From positions 23,126,001 to 23,190,000 of the forward strand of contig NC_088860.1 in the NCBI RefSeq assembly GCF_963853765.1: a stretch of 64,000 nucleotides of DNA, read 5' to 3'. Below, in pieces: positions 25,667-40,011 of this stretch. The first letter of the stretch is position 1, and each line of letters starts with the position of its first letter. The position numbers were made by a program, and so were the translations under genes. The notes beneath the pieces were generated by a model. The model did no database searches, was not told where the DNA came from, and saw only the letters and a list, made by a program, of their open reading frames with translations. The stretch is from Magallana gigas (Eukaryota).

Positions 25667-28600
25667 TATACAGCTGGCACGCTCACCGGAAATTGAACGT
25701 TATAGAAACTAGTGCAGCTGTGTAGATGATAAGAAATAAAGCCAGAGTCAAACGTAAATGCACACGTTTTATAGAAGGACGACTGACCTATTTTTGTGCT
25801 AACAATTGCGCAACAAGAAGGATTCGAGAGATACACGAAAAATATCAATCATGACGTTACAGCCACTAAATGCTTGTAGCACCGTACGTAGCTGAAGAAC
25901 GTGATGAATGAATGTACTAATTCGCCTCTCTGCATGCAGTGTGAATTTTTTTTTTTGTTATTTTATGTATAAATATAACATTTATGTCTTGTCTTGGATT
26001 ATGATCTGGTAGTCACTCACTCTTTTTTTGAAAATGTACAGCATAATATTTTTACCTTTTTGTGAATGTATTTGCATCTTTGAAGGCTTTTTTTGTGTGT
26101 GTGTGTGGGGGGGAGGGGGGGTTAAAATGTAATTTTGTATAATTTGTATTTTTATGTTGTCAGTTTTGTTGTGAAAATTTGATGATACTTCACATATTTA
26201 TCTAGCAGTTGCACTTTGCATTTGATTATAAACCCGATCCAAACTTAAGGGTATTTCTAATTAGAAACAGAGATCTAGAGCATCGGAATATCCTGAACTA
26301 ATCTAACGATTGTCAACCAATACCTGATAGTCTAATCGGTCGTCATTATCTTTGGGGAATGGTCATCATACATACATGTATTCGCTTACAATTGTAATCA
26401 AATCTTTTCCAAAAGTACAAGCTTTATAACTTAACTATACGATCAAAAATGACTTGGTGAACATGAGTAGAGATAAAAGTAACGCTTGGGTGTTTATCAT
26501 GATGGAATAATAATAAGAGTTATCCTTCTTTCAATCATTATTTTTTCTAAAACGTCACAATTTCATACTTAAATGATAGAATTGACATCATAAATATATA
26601 TGATAATAATTTTTATGTATATGTCCAAGCTCAGTTTTACTACTAGTTCCTCAACTCAGCCCCAAAATAAACATGAAATGGTTCGATTTTGCGATTTTGA
26701 ATTAACTCAAGAAAAAATCCGTTTGAACTGAAATTGAGAAGGAGACGGCTAGAGATGTACGGACAATGAATAATGGAAATAGTTTATTAGCACCGAAAAC
26801 AATATTTAATATAATTGTCTACCAAAACGGAAAACAGAGAATCACTCACTACAGGGTTTATGTATTTCATAATGCCATGCCTCTAGTGTATAACGAACTA
26901 TTATCGTCCATTAACAACCATCACTAAATTTCAATTTTTGTTGAAGCAGTGTTTGGAGATGAAGAAAACATCTCTTTAAAGCCCGCCTGCTTTCTTTGGT
27001 AATACATGTATTTTAATTCTTTTTCAGCAATTGTTTGCGAGGCATAGGTGTACATTGCTCTTAATGGAAAGTCCTTTTGCATACTAATTATAAACCATTA
27101 TAAATTTTGAGAAGTTGAAGACTTCCAGAGCCGGGAAATTTAAAGCTGTCACTAACAATTTAAAAAAAAAATCTCTTAAGAAGTAAATTCAATGAAGATG
27201 TCCTTCATTATGTTTCAATTAAATATCTGATTTCACTTTCAGTTTATTTGAAAACATTAGATACAGTTTTAGATGTATATTAACTACACTTGCATAGACG
27301 GCCATCTTTGTTTATTACCAATTATCAATATCTGACATAATAAAAAATATTCTATATTGTTCTATTCTAATTATTTTTTGTGATATTTTAATATTTTTTT
27401 GTTTATGTTGGTCAGGGAGACATTTTTATTTCCTTCTGTCACAAGATGTGTTCCTTATTTGTGTCGGCACTGCCATCTGTTTAATGGAAATGTGTATTTG
27501 TGATTTATTATGATCTTTTTACGCACTATGTCACAATATATTGGAAATGTTTACCGTCTTTCACCTTGTATATCAAGAAGTGAGACAAATATCATTGTTA
27601 CTCTTATGATTGTTTTCATGATTTATGTTCAATCATAATGATTTTGATTTTCATTATGATGATTGAACATGTACATGTATACATAGATTAAAAATCATTT
27701 CGCTAGAGCTTTACCGCAATTCTCAGCGCGAGATTTAAACTCTAGAGCTGCGGAACTCATTTTCCAAGCAGAACGTTCTCTACTCGATGATCAAGACAGG
27801 TAAACCATTATCTTTCGAAGACTAATGGGACCTTGTTACGCTACCATACACCTAACACTCTTTGAGTTGCATGTGAAGGTAATGCTGAGTAAACGTCAAT
27901 TTGAGTGGATCGTTACTATAAACATTGCATAGAAATATACAAATTTTAAATGCATCAATATCTCCATTACTCTCATATTAACCAAAAGGTGCTGTGGTAA
28001 CCAATACTGTAGGATATAAAATAAAGAATTTTAATAGTATTTTAACCCCGAAAGACATAAAAGAAAAACAATCGACGTAAGAGAGAACAGTTCCTTACTT
28101 TCCGGGACACAATATAAGAAAAGAAGCTACGGTAACCTATGATATCGGAAATAACTTACATGTCTTCACATGTAGTGTACATTTTAAGGATGCCGACTTT
28201 AGTTTTCATTGCGCATTATAGTAAAATGCAGTGTTATGATACTTTTTGATGATTTTTTTTCTATATTATTAATTAAATTGCACACAATAAATTAAATACC
28301 AGTATTTTGAGATGGACCCTAGAGAGAACCAGACGATCGATTTTCTTGAAACTAGAATTGGTGTAAATTACAAATGGTTTAAAAAATTAACAGTTTTGCT
28401 ATTGTGGTGAAAAAAAACCCAAATCGACTTCCTTAAAATGTCATTATAACAAATTTCATGTATAAACAAACAATGTTTCAAACAATGCATATTCCTTAAA
28501 TGGGGTATGACGTTTTGGGTAATTACTAGTACTTAAAGAGGGAGACAATAAACTATGCTTTAAATATTCAGTGGTAGATTTTTGGATCTAAAACAATGGG

Positions 28601-29212
28601 TTTCCGGGTTTTGTTTGTTTCTTGTTTGCTAGTTCAAATATATTGCACCACATTTATATTTTATTGATATGCATGGAAGTATGAAACACAAATTTAAACT
28701 GAATCTTAAAATGGACTTGATAATTAACAATAAATATTCATTATTTCATTGTGGCATATATTCAATCTAAAGTCACGATTTATCAATTTTATTACATGTC
28801 ATTCGTATTTAAATATGTTGATTTCCATGTTTAACTACTACCTTGTATCGATGAGAGCAGTAAATATTACAGATAAAATGTTATCTAAAATGGTCAGAAA
28901 AGGGTGACTATGTAATTTTAATCGTCATCTGTTTTTACTTTCCAGTACCTGTGACATCAGAGTATCCTCATTTGTTGTCAGACTGCATAAAACACTACTT
29001 TTTTTGAGAATGCCCTTTTCCATATATTTATGTTATTTTTTTGCTACTTCTGAAACAGTTTAGGCGTTTATATGACTGTATTTAACATTAAAATTACAGA
29101 AACATGATTTGAAAACGTTTATACCATCTCATTACATTGAAAACCAAACAATCCAGAGGACAAGATCTTAGTTTCTATGAAGATTAATTGTCAAGTGATA
29201 TTGGATGAAAGA

Positions 29213-29345
29213 NNNNNNNNNNNNNNNNNNNNNNNNNNNNNNNNNNNNNNNNNNNNNNNNNNNNNNNNNNNNNNNNNNNNNNNNNNNNNNNNNNNNNNNN
29301 NNNNNNNNNNNNNNNNNNNNNNNNNNNNNNNNNNNNNNNNNNNNN
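29213..29345. other. Assembly gap (N run)
   Basis: 133 N. Confidence 0.99.
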
Positions 29346-31886
29346 AACCGTTCTTATATATATGATCTTAATTTTTTTTTTTTTTTTGATATGTTCTTTT
29401 AAAAATCCATCATATGATTTTTATTTAAACATATCAAGAGGAGCCAAACAAACTTACTTATCAAATTTAAATCACTAACTTTACTTTAAACAACTTTGCT
29501 TATTGACAAACATGATTAACAACCTCATGTTTTGTAACTATCAAAATAAAAGGTGTAAGACACATTTCTCCATCAATTTCTAAGGATTTGTTCTCCTTGT
29601 TTTGTACAATTCTATCTTTTTTTATTTACAAAAGTTCAACTGATGTCCATACAAAAACGTATAGGTATTTCTCTCTAATGTTTATAAAGTATGAACAGTT
29701 TCCGGTCTGATACAACAAACATTATCTTTTATATTAAAAAAATATCTAAATGAGCGATTCCGAGAAAAATCTGCATTTGTTTCTTTTTGTTGGAATGCAA
29801 ACTGAATCGCATCAAATTGTTGATGGTGAGGATACCTTTAGTTACAGTTGATAAGATACTTGTATGCCGCAATTAATAATGTATGCTTCTTTAATCCTAC
29901 AGATGTATTGGTTTTTTGTTTTTGTTGTTGGTTTTTGGGGGTAATTTTTTTTTTTTTCGGGGGGGGGGGGGGGGGGTTGTTATTGCTTTTATGTTATTAA
30001 AACAGATAAATCAAAGAATTAGAATATTAATGTAAACAGTTAGGAATATTATATATATGTAAAAGCAATCAATAGTAAAGACTTATTTTATTTTTACTCA
30101 TTCTTATTTGACAATGTGTTTTAAAATCAGTTTCCATGCATAGTTAAAACCTTCCTGAAGTGCGAGCTTAAACCTAACCCTGATTATAATTAATTATAAT
30201 TTTTCAGCATTTCAAGTAGAGCGGTTTGAAAAGTAGTTTCATTTCTTCTTACCAAAAGGTGTTTCAATCTTAGCTAAGTATATATTGTTTAATATGTTCC
30301 AGTAATGCTTTAGTGTATCTTGAATACTAGTAGTGTTTACGTCTAGTAATTATATTGAAGTGATGGGTCGGGTCATACTTTATAGAAAACCATTTCATTT
30401 CTGTTAAGATAAAATACTTTTTAACCTAATGTTTTTATTTTTTGGAACAACAGAGAATAATTTATTATTATTATAACTATTATCATTGTCGCAAATAAGA
30501 ACGTAAGATAAAAGACTGCCCACCACCCATTTCAACTTTCCCATTTTATGAATACATGTACATCATCTATTTATCCAGACGTTTCCATGGATTGCAAATT
30601 AATGTATAAGGTTTGCAATTAATCTTCACTTGTACTAAAATGTGAGTAATTTAAAAAAGCTAGTATATACATATTTATTTTCATATCTTTAACCAAAGTC
30701 CAAGCTTGGTAACTGTCTTATGAAATGACATGATAGTGGAATGATTAACTCGCCCTATACTTTCCGCCATAACGTTACTAAGTCAACCCGCGTTCTTGGT
30801 TACCCTGTTCTGGAAAATTCTATCCACCAACATTCAAGAAAAGATTTGACTCATTTTATATTTACAACATTTGTCATATCTTAATATCTATATCATACAT
30901 ACTAAACAAGTTCCCTTTTAATATATTCATTCTTTACGTATCATTCAAAGTCATTTCAAAGGAAGAAAATATTTTGATGCTAACTTCTACTGACTTTAAT
31001 CCGCCAAGGCGTCCACCACTTTACTCTCATTTTTGCTATTTCGAGCGTGTTTATCGAAAAGAAAGTAGGTTTTTAATTAATTTCTCAATAATTACTAATC
31101 AGGTAAAATTAAATTATAGTTTACCAACTCGCACGTGATGAAATATTAAAGGTGTAAACAATTACTCCAGAGCAGGCATTTCGTAGTTTATTGGTAAAAC
31201 GTCTTAATTTATATGTATAAATGTTGCTGAAGTTTTTGACCTATCGATAAACTGGTTATAACCGAAACGTGTAGATTTCAGTCCTGTCGGTTTATGTAGA
31301 CCTGTGAATTACAATCAATTTCCTTAAAAAAAGACTGAGGGAATCATACTTATTCATGTATTCTGTGACGATGTCATGTTACAATTTCTTTATAGATACA
31401 AATGTAGGTGAGAGGAGTTAAACAGTAAGGTGTTGTGTAGTAACTGGTGCATTACCTATAAATTGTGAGCTGTTATTGGGTTGTCGCTACAAAAGTTGTC
31501 AGTTTTATTGCAATTATCATCTCTAAGTGTGAAAAAAAATGACAAGCGACTTCAAGGAGAACGAATAAACTGCGTGTCGGAAACTAGGCATGATAGTCAA
31601 ACCAAGCGTGGAGTTTTATAACCTTTTCCACACAGAGGGCAAATTTCTGGTCGGATTGCTTGAGCCATTTGTAATACTTTATGCTACTGTTCAGCAAATT
31701 TCTGTAACATATGTTGGCCTTCTGTAGTACCTAGTTTTGAGTCAAGAATTTAATGAGAAACTTAGTCTAATGAATTAAAAGAATCAAAACACAACCTCCC
31801 AAAAAAGGTTAATTGATTGATAAAGTATTTATAATTGTTTTTTTTTTTAATTTTCTCCAGAGTAAAAGTAAAGTAGTTATATAAGT

Positions 31887-32200
31887 AATAAGGAATCACT
31901 CTTTGAGTATTATGAGGTGATAATTTCGGTCGGGCGTGATCAAATCCAATAAAGCCCGAAGGGCTTTATGATAGATTTGATCACACCCCGACCGAAAATA
32001 TCATCTCATAATATTCAAAGAATGATTCCTTATTATTTATATTTATATAATTTTAAGCCATCGTACGATTATATATTTAAATATTAATAAGCAAACTCTG
32101 CTGGCGCCTCAATTTGGCGTCATTTGTATTATGAGTTACATAGTACAAAATCGATACGTAGTGTTATCACAGGCAAAGACATTGGAAAATGTAAATATAT
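31887..32200 (+). mobile_element. Non-autonomous element with a 148-bp hairpin (31887-32034) and a unique tail
   Basis: Arms aataaggaatca..tatgaggtgata..ggtcggg..gtgatcaaatc; tip aaagccc-gaa-gggcttt. Related copies at 3157 and 41685. Confidence 0.8.
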
Positions 32201-33802
32201 AAAATTGTTTACTGTATAAGTATACTTATATTTAAAGAATAGAAAACTTAGCAACCAGTTAGTAGCAATGAGAATCAAGATCACATTGGACCATGTTTCC
32301 TTATTATCAAGGGGTCACTCTTTGTCGAACTTCAACATAGGTCTGTGTTACGGAATCGATTATAGGAGTCATGTACTTGCACTCACTAAGTATATTAATT
32401 TTAAACATTTTAACAGGAGCTTGGACTTTGGGTAGTTGTGTCAAACAGTATTGTGACGTAGGCCTGTCTATCTCATTGCTGGCCTCTCAGCAGTGGCTCT
32501 TTCAAATCAACACGATAATTTGTCTGGCTTTTGAGCTAAGACTACGAAATCTGTGTATATTTCACTTGATTGACTCCAGCATCATTTTAACTTGTTTTGA
32601 CTGAAGAAAAAGATAGCTACATCCTGCCGAAAGTCCCAGAACTTGATAAAATGGTTCTATATCCTATTTTTCTGTTATAAATTGTGTACATAATGATCAC
32701 GAATTACCTTGCAAACAGGTAAAAATTAAAGAAAACCAACACACAAGTTGACCACAGCAATCATCATAAAAGCATTTATTGCTATCTGACATAAATACTG
32801 ATCTATATTACCAATACGAGCGGTTCTCTGTGTTATAAACGATCAATTGTGTCAACCGAAACATTGTTTTTAACAACTAATATAATATTGGTAGGTCTGC
32901 TAGGCATAATGTCTTTATCTGTTTAGATAGTACACAATGTCTATAAAAGTGCGAATGAAAATGACATTTTACATTTAAATCTAGTCCCGCCATTCTGCGT
33001 AGCAGAAGTGTCTATTTCTTAATATTATGTATTTTTAAAAGAATGTTTTATTTTTTGTATATTGTTTAGGACTCAGCTATTAAATTAACAACTCTGTGAA
33101 AAATAAACAAGTTTAAGTTATGGACGATTTTCCAAATTGTATATGCTATCACATTTCACTTATGAAAATTATAACCTTGAAATGACCAAATATTATGACA
33201 TGAATAAATTTTCTTCTCTTCATTAATGTTGACCTAGGTTATTCAAGTTTCTCTATATTAATACAATTATTACAGGAAAGATTAAAAAAACCCACACAAT
33301 TTGAAAACTAAACATCATTTTCTAGCGGCATTAAAATTAAGGAACAATGATTGTGTACCAATTCATTTACTTACAATGTATATGTCTAAAGGGTACTTCG
33401 TGTTTCTGGTCCATCAAAACAATTATCACTACTTTTTCACCAAACTCGGAGATGGTAAGTTGTAACCCTAACCCCCTCAATTATTTTTTTATGGTAAATA
33501 TATATCGAACAAAATGTTTTTATCATGATTGTAACTATGTTACTTTGGGGAATCATTTAATTAATTTCGTGGGAGCCAGTTTTTGTGGGTTGTGGTTTTT
33601 TCGCTTATTCGTGGGGCTATAAATTCGTTGATGCGTCGTTTTCAGTTTCAATTGGAAAAATAAATCTTTAATTGTTATTTTTCGTCGAGGTTGTAAATTC
33701 GTATCTATGAAAGATGCGGTGTTGGGATCACCCTGGGTTCTCTTGTACTTAAAATGGACAACCCAATTTAAACTGCAAACGATAGTATTTGTATCTCATG
33801 CG

Positions 33803-33918
33803 GTCAGCAGTTTGAGTGACAGGGCATTGAGTCACGGAACATAAACCGGTCATTGATGGTATAAAAAGAGCAGAGAGCCCCTCCAGTCCCACAGAGCTCA
33901 CTTTGGTCCCCGGGACAG
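33803..33918 (+). promoter_or_regulatory. Promoter and non-coding exon 1 of Gly-rich gene 1
   Basis: TGAGTGAC at 33813, TGAGTCA at 33828-33834, TATAAAA at 33860-33866, exon ending cag|gtaaat at 33918. The block is conserved in the paralog at 42758-42870. Confidence 0.8.
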
Positions 33919-34921
33919 GTAAATACTTTTCTATTTTTGTCTTCCTTTTTTTAAATCTGAAAATTGCATTTGTTATAACCAAGCCAAATTTGCTTTCGTT
34001 TTTGGGGGTTTTTTTTAATTCGGGGGGGGGGGGGGGGTAATTTTTTTTCTACTTCTTATTTTTGTACTGCTTAATGTTATCGCCTATTGTGCTTTATTAC
34101 TTATCTTACTGTTTAAGTTAATTTCGTTTTTTTTTTTAGAAATTTGTTATTTAGATTTTTCAGGGGGGTAAAAGGGGGGTACATGTTTGGTACCCTTTCG
34201 TCAAATCTGAAAAAAAATCATTTTTTTTATCAGCTTTTGCTGATAAATTTAAATCTAGTTTTGTTTGTTAATATGTATTTTAGCGAAAAGGCTGTATTTA
34301 AATGGAATTAATACTATTCCCATGTTAATATGGCACATAGTAACAAAAACTGAAAACAATTAGCATCGAGAAAAAGTAAATTATCTGAATAATATCAATT
34401 TGCCTTTTGATTTATAAGTACTTTTTCAATAATGACAAAACTAAGACAACTTAGACAAAACTGTATTGATAGATACCATTGGATGTATATCAGTATGCCT
34501 CTTATGAGTTTAAGGACAACCAATTTAATTTTAATAGTTTTGAAATGAAAAAAAAAGTAGCGATTATTGTATCAATTTCTTAAATGACATGATATCCGTC
34601 AAGTTATGATAGATAATAACGTTTCGTGCATCGGAAATGGAAAATCATCATCATCGATTGTAAACGAACGTGATTTTGAAAGGCTACATATAAGAAAGTA
34701 AACATTAATATTGTCAATCCCCCCCCCCCCACTCAAACGAAAAATAGTTACATGTTTAATCAACAACAATAACTAAATACACGGTTTACTTACAGCGAAT
34801 GTCTTATATTTTGTTCATTAATTAAGCATAATTTTATTATGCATTTAGCCAAAAACATAGAGACTAATTTAGTGGCCCAATGATTGATAAGATAATTTAT
34901 ATTTGTAGATAGTTTGCCACC

Positions 34922-35620
34922 ATGCGTTTGTTAATCCTTGCATCACTCGTCTATTGCTCCTACGCCTATGGAAAAGGCGGATATGGAGGTGGATATGGAG
35001 GTGGAAAAGGAGGCTATGGCGGTGGCCTGAGTGGAGGTAAAGGAGGATACGGAGGCGGTGGATACGGAGGTGGCGGATACGGGGGTGGCGGATACGGAGG
35101 TGGTTACGGAGGATACGGAGGTGGATACGGAGGTGGTTACGGGGGTGGTTACGGAGGATACGGAGGTGGATACGGAGGAAGAAGAGGAGGATACGGAGGT
35201 GGTGGATACGGAGGCAGAGGAGGTTACGGAGGTGGATACGGAGGTGGTTACGGAGGTGGATACGGAGGCGGATACGGAGGCGGAAGGGGAGGATACGGAG
35301 GTGGATACGGAGGCGGAAGGGGAGGATACGGAGGTGGCGGATACGGAGGTGGTTACGGAGGATACGGAGGTGGTTACGGAGGTGGATACGGAGGCGGATA
35401 CGGAGGATACGGAGGTGGATACGGAGGTGGAAATGGAGGATACGGAGGTGGCGGATACGGAGGTGGATACGGAGGATTCGGAGGTGGATTCGGAGGTGGA
35501 TTTGGAGGTGGAAAATGTATGTTTTTGTTTCATATTTTTTGATATTCTATCTAATTGTCAATTGAATTCGGTTATATCACTTCCTTTTTTCTTTCAATTT
35601 CAGCAATCAAAGCTTACTAA
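34922..35620 (+). CDS. Secreted Gly/Tyr-rich GGGY-repeat protein 1 (shematrin-like), 203 aa
   Basis: GCCACCATG Kozak context and signal peptide MRLLILASLVYCSYA, followed by GGGY/GGY repeats. Exons 34922-35516 and 35604-35620 (87-nt GT-AG intron) give C-terminus FGGGFGGGFGGGKSIKAY*. AATAAA at 35712. Confidence 0.92.
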
Positions 35621-36886
35621 GAAGTGTTTACATTTCCTGCCCAGTACAAATCCAGCCAATCAGTTCTCATTATTATGTTTGTTATTGAAATTATGTTATA
35701 ATTATTTTGCAAATAAAGGGTAAACCCTGCTGCTTATTTTCTTTACTGTACAAAATTTTAAAGAATTGCTATTCTATGGTTTTTAAAATCTCGCAAATTA
35801 GATTCGCAATTGCTATGAAGCTAAATACAATGTTAATTAAAGAAACAAAGTTACTGTACATTCACGAATAACACGTGGAAAGTTTTGAAAAATTAACTAA
35901 GAACTAATGTTTTTAAATTTTTCTAATGCATTTAAACATATATATTTTTTTAAACTTTTGATTGGGTTGTGAATTTCAAAGATTTTTCTTATTTTCGTTT
36001 TTAAATTATGACCAACAAAACGTAATTCTAATCTGCTGATGTACAAGGAGATATATTTCAAGCAAAATCATGAAACCGGGGGGAACATTAGTCTTTATGT
36101 AAATCGCTGACGGTCATTTTGTACCATGCAACTTCGTTTTCCAGACTTTTTTTCATTCTGGTTTTGGATAAAAGAAATGACACTTGATGTGTAGCTTTAT
36201 AATAAGAAGTTATACCTCAAGTTTGAGTTCTAGTAAGATCGATCGACAAATGCTGAAATCAATTCGAATTTTTTTCTTATCAGGTTCGTCCTTAAACTTC
36301 TCTCACCGAATTTTCTTTTATTTAGCGCATGTAAACGACAATGGGGGTGCCGGTATGGAATATATTTTGTTTATTATTATACAGTACTCACAGAAAGAGA
36401 AAGCTTGTAAAATGTTGGGTTTTTTTTTTTACTTTCATAGATGTGATCCATGAATTGTCGGTATTGTTTATTATGCGTTCATCTGTATTTCATAAGTTTT
36501 TTTTCTATGGTAAACAAGGGTTGTACAAATATACAATAATATTATATTACTACTCTCTCACCCTATCATCTTAGTTTGTAGTTAGTCTTTCACAATTTTT
36601 GATTGTGATATCCCTAGCTGTTACTGTAAAATGATCCAATTTATTGACTTCATCTGGTATACGATGACCACAAGTGCATGCAAAACATGAGTAAACTATA
36701 GTAACGGCAAGCCGATAAAACAAAATCAGGTCAAATGGACAATAAAAAACCATTATTATCAGAACCGAATTTCTTTTACAGTGACCAATAACATAAACAA
36801 ATGTGGTCTCCGAGATCGATTAATCGATCATTTGTATCAACAAAAACCTTGGGGTTTTAAGATTTCGCCATAATAATAATACTTAA

Positions 36887-37731
36887 AGAGACAGTACGGC
36901 GCATCTTATCAAAAAAACCGACTTGAAAAAAATTTCCGATCAGGTTCGGTATTTTTAATTTGTACTACTCATGAATGTATAAACTTTCAGAAAATTAAAA
37001 AGTTCTCCATGAAATAAATCTAATTATTTCATTAAAATTGATAATTACGTATAACCTACATGTATACATAATTACATCGCAACGTGTTACAGGGTTCAGC
37101 CTTCTATACTAATACGCATGCGTATTTACTGTAAACAAAACACATGCAGGGCTCGCGAAGATTCTCCTGGACATGTTTGTATTGATAAAAATATATCACT
37201 TCTCCTTTTCCCAGGTAATAATTGCTCAAAGTTTTTAAAATAACCACAATTATTATTTTGTAAGCATGTATTTTGCGTGTTTATCAAAGGAGTTGCTACA
37301 ACCTAAATTCATTTTAATTTGTAAATGAGGTCCCATGAGGGGTTATTTGACATATTTATGTCTATTCATTTTAAAATGAACCGAAATTGGTAAACCATCA
37401 ATAAATTTCGAGAAAGTGATGATGTGTTCCGTTGAGAGAGTCCCTTTAACCTCGTATATCATGATGGTCGTAGTCGGATGAAGATCTTGTAGTTTTCAGC
37501 ACGTGTCAAGTACTGTCAATCAAAGTCCACGTGGTACAAATAAACGATATAAGATTATTCCGGTTTGTACGACCATTAAATTTCCGGAAGCTCATAATTA
37601 CGTTAATTAGATATGTGAATGGGATTTTTATGTATTTCAACTATTACAATCAACGTTATTTCTTATTTTGTAACGATACAATGGGTAAATCTGAAGTTTT
37701 TCACGCATGTGGTTTCAGCTGTACTGTCTCT
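36887..37731 (+). mobile_element. TTAA-flanked non-autonomous DNA transposon (Kolobok-like), 845 bp
   Basis: TTAA|AGAGACAGTAC ... GTACTGTCTCT|TTAA; an inverted second copy lies at 40012-40895. Confidence 0.8.
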
Positions 37732-38125
37732 TTAAGTAATAATTTTGTATTCGTAGTTTACTAGTCTAAGGTACATGTATGCCGGGTACTTAACCACCAG
37801 CCTAAGTTACCAGTTAAAAACGGACAGGACTAAAATCTAAACACGCCCCGTTTATCAATCGATCGAAACCTAACGCGAATGAAACTGACAGGACTGAAAT
37901 AAACACGCCCTGTTTATCGATTGGTCGACAAAAATCGCGGACTGCACGAAAAAGTCATCATGATGATGATGTCAGGCTCAATTTCCCACAGGAGACGATT
38001 TTGCTGTTTCTTTCAGCTAACGAACTGTTGAACTCTAATAGTAATTTTTCTAATTTAACTTGCTTTTTACAACCAATTTATCAAAATTAATGTTAAAAGA
38101 AAGATGTAAATGTATTTTAAACAGT

Positions 38126-38253
38126 TCTTTGATGATTCATGCGGGTTATAAAGGTAGTGAACGGTGCAGGAAAAAATTATATAACCCTCTAACGCGGATT
38201 ATGTATTTTTCTGCATTATCTTCACCATCATAATCCGCATGAATCACCAAAGA
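38126..38253. mobile_element. Foldback element; partial relative at about 42222-42296
   Basis: gattcatgcgggttata..gcaggaaaaaattatataacc pairs with ggattatgtattttttctgc..cataatccgcatgaatc. Loop is a c(g/t)ctaacgc variant. Confidence 0.65.
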
Positions 38254-39031
38254 AAGCATTTCTTGTTGAAGTAATTATCAAAATTCGGTGGCCACGCATA
38301 GTCACCGATTATCTTCATATTTCACAATTCGATACATTTTGGTTAATAAAGATGCAAGACAACATTGAACGGTTGCTGTGGTGACCGGTTTCAAAGGTAC
38401 CAGGTACAGGCTGAGAGTTTGTTGGTGTTTTTTGATTTAAAAAAAAGTATGTCCCTTACTCTATTAAAAACACAAAAATTGAATTATCTACAAATTCATG
38501 TCCATGCTTATTTCCAAGTATACTTGTAGTATACCGATGTAAAAATTGCAAGTTTAAGGTATATGTATATTGCAAACAATATGTAAGTGATTTCAGCAGT
38601 TTCAAATATACATGTACAGATAATTATACAAATAAAAATACATGTATACAATTTCTAAATTTTCAATTCATAGAGACTTTTTCTTGGGCAAATAAATAAT
38701 TTAAAATGGTAACCATGGTTAGTAAACAGCACCTCAAAAACAGTCATCAGTATATTTAAAATAAATAGCATTTAAATGTTTTTTTTTAATCCATTGTTGT
38801 TGCTTTTTAACAAAGACAATATAAATCAAGATTAAAATCCGCCGCTATGAAAAGACTAAATATTCCGAAATTCTCTATTGTTTAGACACTTTTGTGATAT
38901 AATACTTCAAAAATAACTGATTGGAATTAACATACATTCTCAGCTTTCCTGTTACATCACAGGAAGCTGCACTTAAGCAAAGAGAATGGTCGTTGATATG
39001 ACGTTTTAGACAAAATCTGATTGATTTTTAA

Positions 39032-39511
39032 AGGGACATGGTCACAATTTTGGTCAAATTCTATTTTTTTGGTTTTTATTGTTTACAATGCTTGAGAAAT
39101 ACATTTCTACTGATCAAATAAAATTTGAGAGTCATTCGTAGAGTTATAAGCAAGATACAGGGCTCGCAATTCTTTGTCATGTAAACAAGGCTCGTGCCCA
39201 GTTTTTTGTTTACATAGGTTCAATATACCAGTAAAACATCTTTTTCTACCTTATTTGTTTATCTTTTCTTATTTATTTTAATCACAGATAAACAGTTCCT
39301 AACGTTTAAAACATTCGTTTTAGGTTTAAAACTGAAATTTTCACTTCAACGTTCAAAATGTAACCAAACGCTTTATTTAAATAGCGAAGAATTTCAAGCT
39401 CTGTAACTCGCTTATAACTCAACAAATGACAATAAAATTTCGGTTGCCTTTTAAAAATGCCTTTCTGAGGCTTTGTAAATATTTAAATCGGAAAAATAAT
39501 TTTTGACCAAA
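39032..39511. mobile_element. Kolobok-like MITE, about 480 bp
   Basis: TTAA|AGGGACATGGTCACAATTTTGGTCAAA start and ..ttttgaccaaa end. Reverse-orientation relative of the 60583-61061 copy. Confidence 0.7.
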
Positions 39512-40011
39512 TTTAAGGTCCACATATTTCATTAGCAACGGCAATTAAATGGTTCTAAATACTGCTTGAATACATTTGATATCTAAATTAAACCTGTTTT
39601 TAACAAAGAACAGCAAAAAGGGTTCAAACTTGTGTTTAAAACAAGTCTTTTTTGTTTCAAATGGTGTTTTTCTTATTTTTATTTTTGTTACATAGCAAAA
39701 GGTGACAATTTTCTTATTTATTATATATGTTTTATAAACAGCTTATTTAATTTGAAAATTGACCAAATTGTTTATTTCAAAACCTTTGTATGCTTCAATT
39801 ACATGTACTTTAGACATTCCTATAATAGTTGCTAAGATTTGACATTATTTTTTCTTTAGTCTGCGTTACCACGGCAAAGGTTGCCCAGAGCAACAAACAT
39901 ATGACATCTTGCTACTTTTTACATTAAAGTGTATTCATGTGTGCAATATGAAGAATGTTTGTGACCGTAACCCCTTTTTACATTTTCACATTTACATGGA
40001 ACTGATCTCTA

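Larger units (their letters stand above)
16310..26220. repeat. Recent tandem segmental duplication carrying CTL-D (about 16.3-22.15 kb) and CTL-E (about 22.15-26.2 kb)
   Basis: Introns, 3' flanks (16320 vs 22155) and 5' flanks (21700-22140 vs 25740-26220) align. The length difference is mostly about 1.45 kb of extra sequence in CTL-D intron 2. Boundaries approximate. Confidence 0.82.

Noticed and set aside
32371-32604. 77-aa ORF with a hydrophobic N-terminus
   Set aside because: No recognisable domain, partner exon or promoter support; hydrophobic ORFs arise readily in AT-rich DNA.
35517-35542. ORF-track C-termini CMFLFHIF and CKF for the Gly-rich proteins
   Set aside because: These are intron read-through; both paralogs conserve the donor, the acceptor and the SIKAY exon.
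34943-35723. Long alternative-frame and antisense ORFs (Ser/Thr/Val-rich, Glu/Asp/Thr-rich) over Gly-rich gene 1
   Set aside because: Shadow frames of the GGA/GGT/TAC repeat; only the GGGY frame has a Kozak context, signal peptide, promoter and splice support.
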